From Octopus vulgaris (Eukaryota), in contig OX597817.1 of NCBI GenBank assembly GCA_951406725.2, forward strand, positions 104,098,001 to 104,162,000: a stretch of DNA of 64,000 nt, written 5' to 3'. Both the position numbers and the translations under genes were made by a program. Shown here piece by piece: positions 25,108 through 38,549 of this stretch (position 1 is the first letter of the stretch; every line of letters begins with the position of its first letter). Under the pieces are notes generated by a model. The model made no database searches, was not told the DNA's origin, and worked only from the letters and a program-made list of their open reading frames with translations.

Positions 25108-25709
25108 GTAGGCTGAACTTCGTAAAACATTTGCAAAAGAAACCTACCTTTTCTTGTAATAAATACATCGAAAGCAAAAATTTTTCATGGATCCTTAATA
25201 AACTACTGTGGATCCCTAATTTGCTATTTTATTTACGCAGACTTTACAAAATCTTTTATGGACCCTTAGGGGTCGTATGGGTCTCGGTAGAGAACCACGG
25301 TTCCAAACAATTAATGAGATAACGACTATTGTGAACACGCAGATTCTAATTCCTTTTTCAAGATTTTTTTTTTCTTTTTACAAAAACCGACATATATCCT
25401 TTAAAGAGGCTTTTGAGGGTTTTGAAACACACGGAGATATGAGCAGGATAAATTTTCCTTTCGGTCGAATAACAGAAACCATAGTAGTCAGTCCAAAAAG
25501 GATAAAAGCCGATCAAATCAGAAGCTGCTTGGGGTAGTTACTTAAACTAGAAATAAATATGGCAACTTAATCTAACAAAGATCAAGGCTCAATTGACTAT
25601 ATCACAAACACTTTATAACTTGAAGAGGGGATTGCTGTACCTGATCAAAATTATCATATCTATGGATTGCATATTAGTGAATTCAAATCACTTTACCAGG
25701 TCATTTACA

Positions 25710-26131
25710 TAACCTTAACCCTAACCCTAAACCCTACCTCAAACTTTAACTCCAAACGCTAACATTAACCTTAACCATAAACCCTAACCCTAAACCCTAA
25801 CACTAAACCTAACCCCAAACACTAACCCTAAACCCTAAACCTAGACCCTAAACATAGCCCTAACTCTAAACTCTAAACTCTAAACCCTAATCGTAATATT
25901 AAATCCTAACCCTAATCGTAATCTTAAACCCCAACCCTAATCCTAAATGCTTACCTTAACCCTAAACCTAAAAACTAAACCTTAACAATAGCCCTAAACC
26001 CTACACACCAACCCTAACTCTAATCCTAGTCTCATACCCTAAACTCTAACCTTAACTTTAACCCTAACTTTAACCCTAAGCTATAATTCTAAATGATAAA
26101 TCATAACACTAAACCGAACCCTAAACCTAAC
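25710..26131. repeat. Degenerate interstitial telomere-like array (CCCTAA variants)
   Basis: Dozens of ccctaa/ccctaaa/ctctaa/ccttaa units. Confidence 0.85.
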
Positions 26132-26167
26132 ATCTCTCAATGAAGATATGATGTAAAATGCTCTACC

Positions 26168-26170
26168 AAA

Positions 26171-26218
<48 letters not shown>

Positions 26219-26273
26219 GAGAAAAAGAAAGAAAGAGAGAAAAAGAAAGAAAGAGAGAGAAAGAAAGAAAGAG

Positions 26274-26352
<79 letters not shown>

Positions 26353-26354
26353 AA
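26168..26354. repeat. (GAAA)n microsatellite
   Basis: Direct. Confidence 0.97.
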
Positions 26355-26389
26355 ACGGACTCTCGAAGACTTAAAGAGGAAGTTAATAT

Positions 26390-26720
26390 CGTCGTGAAGT
26401 GCAGCCTTTCTTGGACTCGTGACCGCTACATCACATCACACTTCGATGGTTGTGCGTTTGCAATCCAAGAGCAAGCGATTACAACAAACTACCTAAAAAC
26501 AAAAAAGACAGTGAAGTCCTAGTAGCTTCGAGGCGTAACCGAAAATATCATGTTACATTTCTGTGGTTGTCCAAAAACGCCACAAGGCACACTACCTGCT
26601 AATGTTACACAACACTGGCACTAAATCAATTTACAATTCCATCCGAAAAAATTACCGTAATGAGAAAAATATAGAGCACTACCCTGTTATGAATACTTAC
26701 ATAACATAATTGACCGGATA
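26390..26720 (+). mobile_element. R4/Dong-like non-LTR retrotransposon remnant
   Basis: SHFDGCAFAIQEQAITTNYL, ENIMLHFCGCPK, YLLMLHN resemble the AIQ(D/E)Q..T..Y and E..HI..GC..Y..RHN motifs. Confidence 0.5.
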
Positions 26721-28112
26721 TAGTTGTTTGGGACAGACAAGACAAAGTATTTACCAGCAAAGAAAAGGGACAACTACTGATAACTGCTCCAAAACCTACA
26801 GCTTCTATACCCAGATTATATATTCACATTTATACAGTAAGGGGCCGTGCGATGTGAGGTGAGAGAATGGCTCTTTAGTACCACATCACACAGCCCTTAC
26901 AATAAAGAGAAAATTGAATAGTACAAATAAGTGCCAGATGGAAAAGAGACAGAACCGCGTGACAATGATTAAGAGAAGATTTATTGATATGTTAGCATGT
27001 GTGTCTGTGTGTGCGTCATGTATACAGAAAAATAGACAGGCTGTCACGAGAACAAAGTGTATGTGTGTGTGTAAGCGTAGTTGTTTGCGCGTGTTAAGAA
27101 CATATAAGGATAGCAAAGAAGATGATGACAGTGAAAGAGTCTATAGCCATCGAAGTGAGAAGTTCATAGTTGAAATACTGTATCAAGAAGTCACGGCTAT
27201 GATGCTGAGCCGCTTACAGGCACATGAAGTCGTGGCTGTGATGCTGCTGCCTGGGTCACTTGATACAGGTGTTCTTGCAGGTTGTATATTCGTTGTTGAT
27301 CCATGGTGAAGTAATTCACGAACAGTGAAGTGTTGAAACCTGGGTGAATTGCTTGCTGAGCTGTGTACCTAGAAAGATGATGTTGACGACGTTAAGAAGG
27401 ACATGATGGTAGCGACGAAGAAGGAGGTTGTCGTAATGCTGTTGGACGAAGTTGGTGAGCCTCAACATAGCTGCTGTGGCGGTGGTGTCTTGCGTTGTCG
27501 CTGGAACTGGCTGTGTCTTGTGGTCAGTGGCTAGACCTTAAAAGGTCTGGAACCAAAGACGCCGGAAAGTGGAAAGCTAAGTTTTTATAAGGAACTGTAG
27601 ACTATAAACAGGGTTGTAAACAGGTTGTCCCACGTGATCCTATTTAGGGTCTCCGACTGGTTATACGCAGCAGTTGGTGCAATCGAGTAAGAGACAAATT
27701 GCGCCAATACCAACTAATCAAAGTAGTGGACACAACGGGATCCAAATAGCGGCCAAAGGCTAGCTTTTCCCAGCTACATTTGAATGCACGTATATATAAT
27801 AAATGGGAGAGATGAATTTCAGAGTCTACGCTACAATACCAATGATAATTGGTGCACTTGCTTTGTGAGTAAATACCCAAGTGACTTTCTGGGAAACCAG
27901 GGATTTTCAAAAGAAGAAATAAACCAGTTAACACGTACATTATAAATACAATCTGTAAATGGATAAGCAAAAATATGCAACACTTTTCTCAAGTTCAAAG
28001 TGTAAATTTGTATCTTTGTGAGTGATTAACTCCTTTTTTGCAGGAATAACTCAACGATGTGTGACTTTGGGGGGTAGTGCTTTATGACCAAATAATTAAA
28101 AATAGAAGAGAA

Positions 28113-28243
28113 CATACATACATACATACATACATACATACATACATACATACATACATACATACACAAATACATACATACATACATACATACATACATA
28201 CATACATACATACATACATACATACATACATACATACATACAT
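28113..28243. repeat. (CATA)n microsatellite
   Basis: Direct. Confidence 0.97.
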
Positions 28244-28249
28244 AAAAAG

Positions 28250-28588
28250 GTTAAAGACCCGCTTCAGTCGCGAATGATCATGGGATTGTACCTAGAAAGT
28301 TCCCTGCCAAAGCACGAATTGGAGCAAGGTTGATTATGGAAGACCAGCAGTCACCCATGCATACCAGCCTCTCCTCTCCACACCACCGATGTCGTCCAAA
28401 GGAAAGGCAAAGGCCCATACAGCTTGATACCAGTGGCGTCGCAACTCATTTCTACAGCTGAATGGAACTGGAACAATGTGAAATAAAGTAACTTACTCAA
28501 GAACACAACACACAGTCCGGTTCGGGAATCGAACTTACAATCTCACGATTTTAAGGCCGGCGCCCTAACTACTGAGCTATGTGCCTTC
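28250..28588 (-). mobile_element. tRNA-derived SINE
   Basis: Minus head gaaggcacatagctcagtagttagggcg...gttcgattccc (A and B boxes). Confidence 0.8.
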
Positions 28589-28604
28589 ACCACATACATA
28601 CTTA

Positions 28605-28605
<1 letters not shown>

Positions 28606-28646
<41 letters not shown>

Positions 28647-28685
28647 TACACATACACACGCGCGTGGACGCACGCACGCACACAC

Positions 28686-28773
<88 letters not shown>
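28606..28773. repeat. (CA)n microsatellite
   Basis: Direct. Confidence 0.97.
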
Positions 28774-28776
<3 letters not shown>

Positions 28777-29059
28777 GTTATCCATCGGTTTACACGGCAC
28801 TCATTTGGCACTGTTGATTTTAGTCGATTTTGTTTTTTAATTTACCTCTAAAGGAACACCATTTCGTCGCTTATGTTTCGTTTTTTTTTTTTTTCCTTTG
28901 TTTTACTTTAATTTTACTTCTTCTGTGGTGAAGTAGACAAGTTTAATTTAACTCTGACTTATGTCGCAATAGTTGTTTTTGACCGAGTTAAATATTTTTG
29001 TGAATGGGTAATAGAGTTTCAGATGTCAGGAAAGCCGATTTACTGGAAATGATAATATA

Positions 29060-29563
29060 CCGTAAATCCTCGCGTATAGTCCGCCCTTGAGTATAATACG
29101 CAGGGGATTTTTAAGGGGCTGTACCTCTGAAAAACCCAAACCTTGTGTATAATACGCACCCCTTCTCTAACTTGAGTCAAGGAGGTCTATATAACGTCCT
29201 TGGTTTGTAAAAATGTATACGGTAACGTCCTTTATTATTATTGTATATATAACATAATGCAAACGTGTAGCTTTTTTGTGCATTTTGTTAGCAGAAAATA
29301 AAGAAATAACAGTAATAACGTTTAATAAATGTTGCTTACTGATTTTTTTATGACTTCACTGCTTTCAGGCTTAGCTTAAGGTATTTTCGCGCCCGACATC
29401 AGAAAATACGTCTGAATAAACATTGCCGGACAGCAAATAGAGACTCGGACATTGCTTTAGAAAATAATTTTCATTTTTAACCTCGTATATAGTACGCACT
29501 AAGAATTTTGACCTTTAAATTTTGGGGGGGGGGGAAATGCGGATTATACTCGAGGATTTACGG
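29060..29563. mobile_element. TA-flanked MITE (Tc1/mariner-pogo type)
   Basis: TA|ccgtaaatcctcgcgtatagtccgc ... gcggattatactcgaggatttacgg|TA. Confidence 0.85.
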
Positions 29564-29616
29564 TAATAAATCAGCTGCAAATTGAAAAGAGCACAACAGA
29601 AACTGCAAAACAATAT

Positions 29617-32600
29617 TTTTTTTATTAACCAACAAGGGTTGAGAAAAAGATCGAGCATGGTACCGTACAATAAAGCATGTAAAAAATAAGAAATAAGAAA
29701 AACAAAAATTCAAACAAAGAATAATTCCCCAAAAGAAGGGAGACAGTCGCGGAAATTCCATGTAATCACAGTCACCCTGGCCGGTAAGATTCCTTCCCGG
29801 TTGTCCTGTTCCAGCCTACTGGAGCATGCTCAGAGAAAGCTCATTCACATGGACCATGCTAGTCACTCTCATATACCTTTCAACATAGGTGCTGCGAGGC
29901 AGTATTTCCCTCTCCACCCCCACTTTCTTTTCCAAACGAAGCTGGAAAATGTTGAAGAGGGCATGGCCAAAGAAAACGTTGTTTGCTTTCAGTCCTTCCA
30001 ATTTTTTCCACTATGCAACTTCTTTTGCCAAAGTCACCAGACAAATAAACACTACCAGCCATAGGAAGGCAGCGGAATTATCCTCTCGCTGGATTCAGAT
30101 GATAGCCTGGTCCATCTTACACGTGATAGCAGGTGTTCAACATAACTCCACAAGTTAGTAATGCTCGAATACTGGACAAACGCCTACAAAATAGATTCGT
30201 CGCTCGGCATGTAACTTTGACTGGCTCGATTGATGGTATCATCTCGAAACAGTGAAAAATTTCCATGAGTTCCGGCCCGAAAGTCCTCTGGAACAGCTGA
30301 TTTTCATCGATATCCATAATTTTCCCGAAAGCATCAGCTCTTTTGCCTGCCACTAATCCGTAATAGAACGCAAACGTACAACTGCTAGCGATTGCGATAC
30401 GCAATAGACAGAGTGTCGGAACAACAGGCGCCATGCACCCTATGTCTACCATTGCTTGAACAGAGCTGCAACTCTCTCAAAAAGATGAGCTGCAGAAACA
30501 CGTGTCAGACAAACAACGACTATACATGTTCGTCATCAAGAAATGGCTGGAGATGTCGCAGTCTCAGCGCATGCCTGTGCATCATTAACCACAACATTCT
30601 CTATCCTCCACCCAGCGAGTATTGATAATAAATAGAGCGTCTGATCAATGGAAGCATCCCTTTCACAAAACGAAGTGCATTTGCTGCAGTTAGGTCAAAC
30701 GTGGTCAAGAGCATGACACGAAGATCGAGCAGTAATATTTGACGGAGATGTTGTAGGCTTTCACCACCTCTGTCCGACCTTCCAGGGATAGCTTTTTTTT
30801 CGACCTATTTTTGAAAGAGACTGACCACCATGCTCGTCACTTCGCCCAGTTCCTCTCCACCTGGAGATTTGAACCTAGACAAACTCAGAGCAATTTAACC
30901 TGTCTGTCTGCCTAGTGCCCCACGACACTATTGGACGGCATTTGGGCACCTGCCTATTCAGGTGCCCAAATGCAGGTCCATAGTCTCTTCCTGATTAATT
31001 TTGTCTTCTGCCACCGTCTCGAAGTCCCTAAGAGCGGTAGCGACCACCTCAATGTTCTTGATGTCCAACATTATGACGATGGTATCATCACTAAATGAAG
31101 GTACATTTCTTTCGCATCCTAGTTCGTACAGGATGACCTCCAGACTCTCTAGTTTCTGTAGTAGTGGCTTTAGAGTCCGATGGAACAAGAAGGGACGATC
31201 TTGACGGACCAAACTCATGATACTGAAAGGTTCCGATAGGTGGCTAGATATTCTAACCATCGAGCAGATGTGTTTTGTACTGCAGCAATCCAGCCCCTGA
31301 AAACGTGACCGAAAGCGGTTGCTGTGAGAACAGTCACCAAGCACTGGTGGTCACCCCGATCGAAGTCTTTCGATTGATCTAAGTTGATCAAGATCCCACC
31401 CATACCAGGGTAGGATCCTTGATTACCACCTCCCTATGGTGTATCACATGACGTGGAGTTTGTCTCTTTGGGATGGTGCGTGTTTGTACTCCACCAGTCA
31501 GACCACTGACGACAAACTTCAACCTCTTCTTTAATACCATCTATCTATCTATCTCGTGGTCGAGACAATGGAATTTACTATGTTACGTCAGACTTCACAG
31601 TCCATCATAGCATTACGGAGGTCCTGTTGCTGGATAGCTGTATCCCTGGAGATTACATCAGGGTAGGAGAGTGTGCGCCCTCTGGTATCGCGAGCAGATG
31701 GTTTCCAGAGGAGAAGAGTAGAAATTACCTCGTTTTCAGCTCTACAACAATGTCCAGCAAATTGGACTCTTCTACCTTTCACAAGAGATGATACGGGTGG
31801 TAATTTTCCATATATTTGTACTTTGATTGTATGACGCTTCCACGAGAGACTTTGAGCTCTCATAAGGAGGCGAGTGTAAGTTCCATCCCACCGCCTCTCA
31901 AGCTTCTTTGATAATGTCCAGGTTTCTGAGCCATATAGTAGAATTGGTTCGACTGTGGCTTTGAAAATTTTAAGTTTGAAATCTCTACTTAGATTTGATG
32001 ACCAGATCTTATGCATATCATTACAGGCTGACCAGGCCATACCCTTTCTAGTTAGAAAATCTTTTTCAGATGATGATATGTATGACCCAAGATATTTGTA
32101 ATCAGAAACCATATTTAAGAGCGTATTGTTGAGAGTATGGATGATGAAATCACTGTTAGACAGGCACTTGTTTACATATTCAGTCTTGGACTCATTGAGG
32201 TAAAGACCTACACAATTTGAGGCTTGTTCAGGAGATTGTAAAAGAGACTGGGCATTGGAGAGAGAATCACTGATAAGAGCGATGTCGTCAGCAAATTCAG
32301 TGTCTGTTAAGTGTTCAGCTAGGTGTCTGGAACTTCTAGGTTTTATTTCAAAGCCCTTACCAGAATGGTATCAACTGACATACGTAGCACATAGTCAACG
32401 ACAATGATGAAGAGAAATTAATACCATAGACAAAATTTTGAAATAGGCATTCAGCCGTTAATTATCAATGTAGTCCCTTTTGTTCAGATCTTTTTTCGGC
32501 AGCACAACCGCTTCTTAACTTACAGAACTGGGGATTCTTCTGTTGTACTGTCAGTAGTTGTAGATATTTGCCAAAAGGTCACCAAATAAGTCTGGCATAT

Positions 32601-35200
32601 TAAAATAAAGGTTATAGAGTAGACCATCCAAATTTTGTGATTTACTGCACATAAAGTTAACCATTGCTTTCCGTATTTTTACGGTTGTTATCGGCTCTTC
32701 ACATCACCTCCATCTTCGTTGCCGAGAGCCGCAATAGGCCGTCGTGGTAAGCACTTGAGTCAATCCTGCAATGCGACCCACCATTTGTCCCAGACAGTCG
32801 AACAAAGTGTCACTGAAAAGTCGCGCATATTTGATTATGTAACTCGTGCTTATCATGTCCATCAAAGACCAAATTGTGAATTTGTCACGTTGTGCCTCTG
32901 TCGCTCAGGCCTATTGAACAGCTTTCGTTTTTTTTTTCCAGTCTTAAAGCACGCGCCTTAGCTCTTACAACGCAACCTTCGTGTGCTTTGCCTTCAAGCA
33001 TGGGTCAAGTGCCAATCTCACTGCAAGCACATCAGTTGAGATGCTTTTCTTAAATGCCCCTTTTATGTTTCTGGCTAGGTCTCCTTTTAAACTAGTTTTC
33101 TACATTGCTTCTTTCTTACTTAACCTTGTTGGTTCTATTCTAATCACTTTTTTTAAGGAGAACCAGCATTTATCGTTGACAGTTTATCCTTCGATTAATT
33201 GATACATTCTTGTAAATTTGATGCGCCGAGAGCGACGCGTTCAGCTTCCAAGGTCCTAGTATACTAAACATATCTAGGTCCACCGTATAGACCACAAATT
33301 TGTGATTTGATTAGTCGACGATATTAAATTGTAGACAACCTCTGCTATCCTTATATACTGACCAACAGAATACTCTATCTAGATACGACTTGCATGACCC
33401 GATGCGGTTTATCTATGTCCACATTGAATTTTCGTGAAAGTCAGCCGTTACCTGTCAGACAGTTGATTTCTAAGGTTTTTGTACTTACTATCTCTTCAAT
33501 CTGCTCACATCGAAGATGATGTTCCGATCGCCCACTAACCTTAAAGGGCAGGATGTTCCTAGAAAGGCCACTAAACAACAAAAGAGATCAAACCACCTCG
33601 CTCCTGTTGGGGCGTAGACGGTCACTAGTTTGAAGAAATGGTCTTCACTGTTAGTTACGTTCATTACTACCAACTTACCTTCTGGGTCCAGGACGCTCTC
33701 TATCGAAGGGCCAGACGTTTCCGAAATGATACAACTCTGCCTCTTAATCTCAGCCAACTTAGAGATGCCTACAGCTCGTAACTTCCGAAAATGATCGTGA
33801 AGGGCATCGCTCGAAAATTCTCGTTTCGTTGATAGTAATCACATATATATTTAGTCACGTGTGGTCGTTGAGCAATTGACTATGTTTCCAAGGCAACCCA
33901 AGATTACATGCTTTCACGCTGCCTATTCTAAGTAAGACCATGTTAGATAGAAGGCGGAAAGCGAGACAGGCTCACTTATTTTATTCTTGTGGAGAGGCTA
34001 GTATTCTGTCTTTTTGACTAATTGTGGGTGTTAGATATTCTTGTTTACAATCCCTGGAGATTACCCATTCTGTCGGAGGATTTTGCTTTTGGTTTGTTGT
34101 AAGTTTTTTTTGTGATGTTTCTGGATTTTGTGAGTGTGTTGGTATGCTATTTGTTGGTGTGAAGTCGTGGTCGTGATATGTAAATGCTTGTGTGTTGATA
34201 TGTGTAGCCTATTAGTCCCTTGTTGCTTGTGTCTATGACCGTATCGTTTATGGTGTTCTTTGAGGGTGTTGTTCTAATTGTTGGTTTGAGTGTAGAATGG
34301 GTTGTGCTTATGATGGTATCTGTTGCGATTGTGGGGATGACGATGTTAATGATGGCGGTGATAATACTGGTTTTGTTGTTAATATAAGTTGCTTGAAAGT
34401 ATGTTTCCCGTTTGTTTAAATTTTTTTGCTGGTATGAGTTCTCTTTCATTTTCTTTCTATTAGTCATTTTCTGCCATTTAAACTCCTCGCCATGACATTC
34501 ACCACTCAGTATGCTTGAATGGAGGGCATGTTTTGTGGGGTTTGTGATCTATTCTGATGTTAATCTTTCTGTTGTCGTTTTGGAGTTTTCTGTTTTTGTT
34601 GCCGATAATATTGTGGCCTATGATAGGGATATTTTTTGTTGTTGTTTTTGTTAATGTTATTTCAGCCGTTGGTGTCGTTGCTGCTGTTATAAGTGTTGCT
34701 TCCATCTTTGTAGCTAGTGCAGCAACCACAGCTTCTGCAATTTTGCATTGTTACTAGTGTTGCTGTTGTTTTTTCTACTGCTGGAGTGTTGGAGGCCTTC
34801 TGTCAACTGTCACTTTCCGCTATTGCTGTGGGAAGAAGGCCTTGAGAAGAACAGTGTTTCCATATTTACAGCATCTAAGCCATTTGCTCTCCACTACCAC
34901 CTGCAGTTTCAGATCTCCCGAGATTTCTGTTAGGTTATTGATCCTGTCCAACGTTTCAGGTTTCACCTGAATTAAGATATCTATCCCATAGTATTTTTTG
35001 TTTTGGAATCATTCATCTCTAGCAGTATGCTAGGTTCCTCCGAGAAATTCGGTTCTAATGACAGTTTCTAAATTTTTGCCCTAATTAGTTTTAGTCCCTG
35101 GTTAATTGGTATCAATGTAAATTTCTCAGTTTTACGCGTAACGGTAGAATGCTTTTAGGGAATGGTTTTTGAGCGGAACATTTTTCGAACATAGCTAAAA
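29617..35200 (-). mobile_element. Near full-length decayed Tx1/L1-clade LINE (ORF1, APE, RT, 3' UTR)
   Basis: ORF1 ISGDLKLQVVVESKWLRCCKYG (~34.9 kb); APE DPEGKLVV..LVTVYAP..LVGDRN; RT LINLDQSKDFDRGDH, VRQ, SDD; aataaaaaaaa tail near 29617. Confidence 0.8.
31541..32417 (-). mobile_element. 5'-truncated RTE-type LINE nested in the Tx1 element
   Basis: FADDIALI, DYKYLGSYI, VEPILLYGSETW, FAGHC; (AGAT)n tail; 10-bp TSD TTAATACCAT at 31531-31540 and 32418-32427. Confidence 0.92.
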
Positions 35201-35219
35201 TTGGCTGATGCTTGTCACA

Positions 35220-35955
35220 AAATCAGTGTTTCCCCAGATGCTTCCTCGACAGTAACCCTCCAAATTGTTAGAGTGGAACATCCACCGATTCTATTGTCCA
35301 ACTGGGAGAGCGCGGTGAGAGCCTGATTACGTTTGAGGTACCAGGCATCCAGGACTGCAGACTCCATCAAGGAAACAAGCCGCAGAAAATCTTGCCGCAT
35401 GAATGTTGACTAAATCTACTCTCTGTCTCCGCAGTTGGCACAACCTCAGTACCTTTCTGTGAATCAATAGTCAAGGCATGCCTAACTTATAATTCAGAGA
35501 GTCCTGGCACTAGACACGCTTGACCAGTGGAAAGCGTTCCTTCCCTATAACAAGAAGTTGAAGAGCAGGTAGTCCGATGTGATCAGACCGTAGATAGGGC
35601 ATGGTACGACAGTTAGGGTAATGCAGGCGTTCACCTCTGTCCTACCGCTCAAAGACAGCTTCCTCTTGGCCCATTTCTGAGTAAGACTGTCTACTCTGTT
35701 CGTTATGTCACCCCAGTCCTGGTCTCCATAAAAGTTGGAACCGAATCAGACTCGAGGTGTTTAATCGGTCCGTAAGTCTTGCATCCCATGACGCTCTCCG
35801 CTAGCACGAGCCTACCTTTCTAGGTATTTAGTTGCAAGCCCGCTGATTTGTCCGGGCTGATCGTAGTTCCCTTCACAGACGACTATTCCTTTAGAACGGT
35901 GCTAACTGCCTCCACTTCGTTTGCTTCCGACTCTATGGCAGAGACATTATCTCCC
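35220..35955 (-). mobile_element. Second Tx1-like RT fragment
   Basis: VEAVSTVLKE...TISPDKSAGLQL is homologous to IEVVATALRD...KINQEETMDLHL at 31.0 kb. Confidence 0.6.
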
Positions 35956-36429
35956 TAGTGGTTGTCAAAGAAGTCAAGCATGAATTCATGTAGCCCACTG
36001 AAACTGGACAATTTGCGCCCAGTGTAGCCATTCATCACATGTCGTATTTCAGCTGGTATTAACCTCAGGTATTCAAAACACGAATCTGAAAAAATGTTAA
36101 GAACTTACTTTGATGATTAAAACACACATCTTAAAAAATTAGTTTTTGGGCGTACTTGATAATTTCTACTCTATTATATAGGACCACCCTTGGGTGCATC
36201 ATCATTCCATTAAATGTGTTTATGGGGAGAAAGATACTGAAAAATATTAATGCAAGTCAGAGTAAAAAAGAAACGAGGACGGTATCGGGTGCTCGTAGGA
36301 TGTGCTAAATCACCCTTAAATGACATACTAAATTTTTTTCATAATCGTATGAATTCCCGTGCGTTGAACACAAATTTGCAAGAAATAACCGAAAATTCAA
36401 AAAAATGAAAGAAGTTATAAGGAGTTATA

Positions 36430-36869
36430 GGTAAAATTACAGATTAACACCCGCACGATTTTCACTAAGAAAAAAAAAAAAACTCGGATCTTTTGCGTGG
36501 AATCAAGTACCCTGACCTCCCAATATGCTGCAAATCCCATATTTTGGTTCGGAATTGGTCTGGAGGGGGGGTACCCCCCCCCCCCCCGGAATTTTCACAC
36601 AAAAAAGAACTCTGATTTTTTGCGTGGAATCAAGTACTCTGACCTCGTAATATGCTGTAAATCCCATATCTGGGTTTGGAAAGGTGGGGGGGTGCTTGAT
36701 TTTTTTTGTGTGTGAAAATTCCGGGGAGTCCCCCCCTCCGGATCAATTCCGAACCAAAATATGGGATTTACAGCATATTAGGAGGTCAGGGTACTTGATT
36801 CCACTCAAAAAATCCGAGTTTTTTTTTTCTTAGTGAAAATCGTGCGGGTGTTAAGTCTGTAATTTTACC
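36430..36869. mobile_element. Merlin-like MITE (GGTAA...TTACC, 8-bp TSD)
   Basis: ~175-bp inverted arms; TSD GAGTTATA at 36422-36429 and 36870-36877. Confidence 0.88.
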
Positions 36870-37156
36870 GAGTTATATGGGGTGCTTAAACCAGAATTCC
36901 GCCCTTCTTTATGTGCGCGCGCGAGTATGTAATATATGAATGTGTGTATGTCTGTGTTGTATTTTTCCTTCCTATAACTTGCAGAAAACAAAACGAAAAA
37001 AATACCATAAAAAATAATCCGTCAGCAAAACACGGCCGCATCACACAAAATAGAAGAGAAATCCGTCCGCCACACCAAACGTACCTTCGACAGAATCCGG
37101 AAGCAAGAAGCCGACACTGTTCTTAGAAGAGCAGTGCAGTAAACATCTAAGTGAAA

Positions 37157-37261
37157 ATGACGAGACCTGAGACCGAGCTGAAGAACGAATTTGATCTACA
37201 CTGCAAAACTTGTAAGTCGATAATCATTAAAAAGGGCTTGTCAGTCTTTCGTAAATTTAAG
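37157..37261 (+). CDS. Mss4/RABIF-like protein, coding exon 1 (MTRPETELKNEFDLHCKTCKSIIIKKGLSVFRKFK)
   Basis: aaaATG start, 35 codons, strong donor AAG|gtaagt, phase 0; N-x5-CxxCxSxI..G matches the Mss4 N-terminal Zn half-site. Confidence 0.8.
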
Positions 37262-37355
37262 GTAAGTTGGACTTTCTCCTAATATACATTCGTTGGTTAC
37301 TTTTACAATTTTTTTTTCATAAATTACATTATACCTATTCTTTTTCTCTAAACTT

Positions 37356-37387
<32 letters not shown>

Positions 37388-38134
37388 CTTGCATTGACTG
37401 CAGTTGCCTTTCAGATGGTGTAGATCCCGATTCCCGATTATATCTGTATTTGTTGTGAAGAAAGTTTTGCTGAGGTGAGAGAGTGGAGTTTCAGATAATT
37501 CACCAGGGGGGACTTTGTTTCCTTATAATTTTCAGAAAAAATTGGCATTTTCCAATAAAATCTCCTATAAAGATTTTCAGATGGTGTAGATTACGATTAT
37601 ATTGAAATTTAATGGGATAAAAAGTTGGTGAGCTTTTTATACATAGTATTCAGTGAATTATTTTACTTCCGCGTTAGACAGAAAATGTTGCTGCGAATGG
37701 ATAGACATTACTGGTTCCTGTTGGTGTAATATTAGTAGAATTGGTAAAGTGATAGTTGAACTGTCTCGTGGTATATAGTTAGGGGTCTTTTCATCCTATC
37801 GAGGTTAATTTCGCCTTTCCTCTTTTCGTAGTTGACAAACTATGAGTCAAGTACTGGGATTAATTCATATTTCTGTAAGGCGGACATTTTTTAAAGTTTT
37901 TTCTTTTTCTATGGCAAAATCAGAATCTCCGTTGTCGGAAACATTGGAATCAGAAAAAGAATAAAAGTAAATCAAAAAGGGTGTGTTGCCTTTTCAACAT
38001 GTCAGCAATTTGACTGTTATTTCTAGCAAGTGGAGAGACCACATCTAAGCTCATTTCATGCGCTAGTTAGAAAATCATTTACGCATGCGCAAATCAGCGG
38101 ACAAGTTAAAAAACATCCGGAATATTCTTTTCTA

Positions 38135-38497
38135 TTCTAGGCACAAGGCCAGAAATTGGGGAGGTGGGGTAGTCGATTAGTCGACCTCAGTAGGCAACTG
38201 GTTCTTTATTGACCCCAAAAGGATGAAAGGCAACGTCGACTTCAACGGAATTTGAACTCAGAACGTAAAGACACGAAATACCGCTAAGTATTACGCCCAG
38301 CGTGATAACGATTCTGCCAGCTCGCCGCCAAAATTGAAATGGCGATCTTTATTTATTGACCCCAAAAGGATGAAAGGCAACGTCGACTTCAACGGAATTT
38401 GAACTCAGAACGTAAAGACACGAAATACCGCTAAGTATTACGCCCAGCGTGATAACGATTCTGCCAGCTCGCCGCCAAAATTGAAATGGCGATCTTT
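38135..38497 (-). mobile_element. SINE with a near-perfect 147-bp tandem duplication
   Basis: 38205-38350 repeated at 38352-38497. Confidence 0.88.
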
Positions 38498-38549
38498 CGT
38501 TTGTTACAAACGAAAGATCGCCTGAAATTTTGAAATTTGCTTTTTCAAG

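Noticed and set aside
25710-26131. True chromosome end
   Set aside because: Degenerate and flanked on both sides by ordinary sequence
28500-28588. tRNA genes (also 24437-24510, 52950-53015)
   Set aside because: A/B boxes are SINE heads continuous with SINE bodies; no complete cloverleaf
34147-34757. Thr-rich mucin-like or hydrophobic membrane ORFs
   Set aside because: Low-complexity part of the decayed Tx1 ORF1 and its antisense reading
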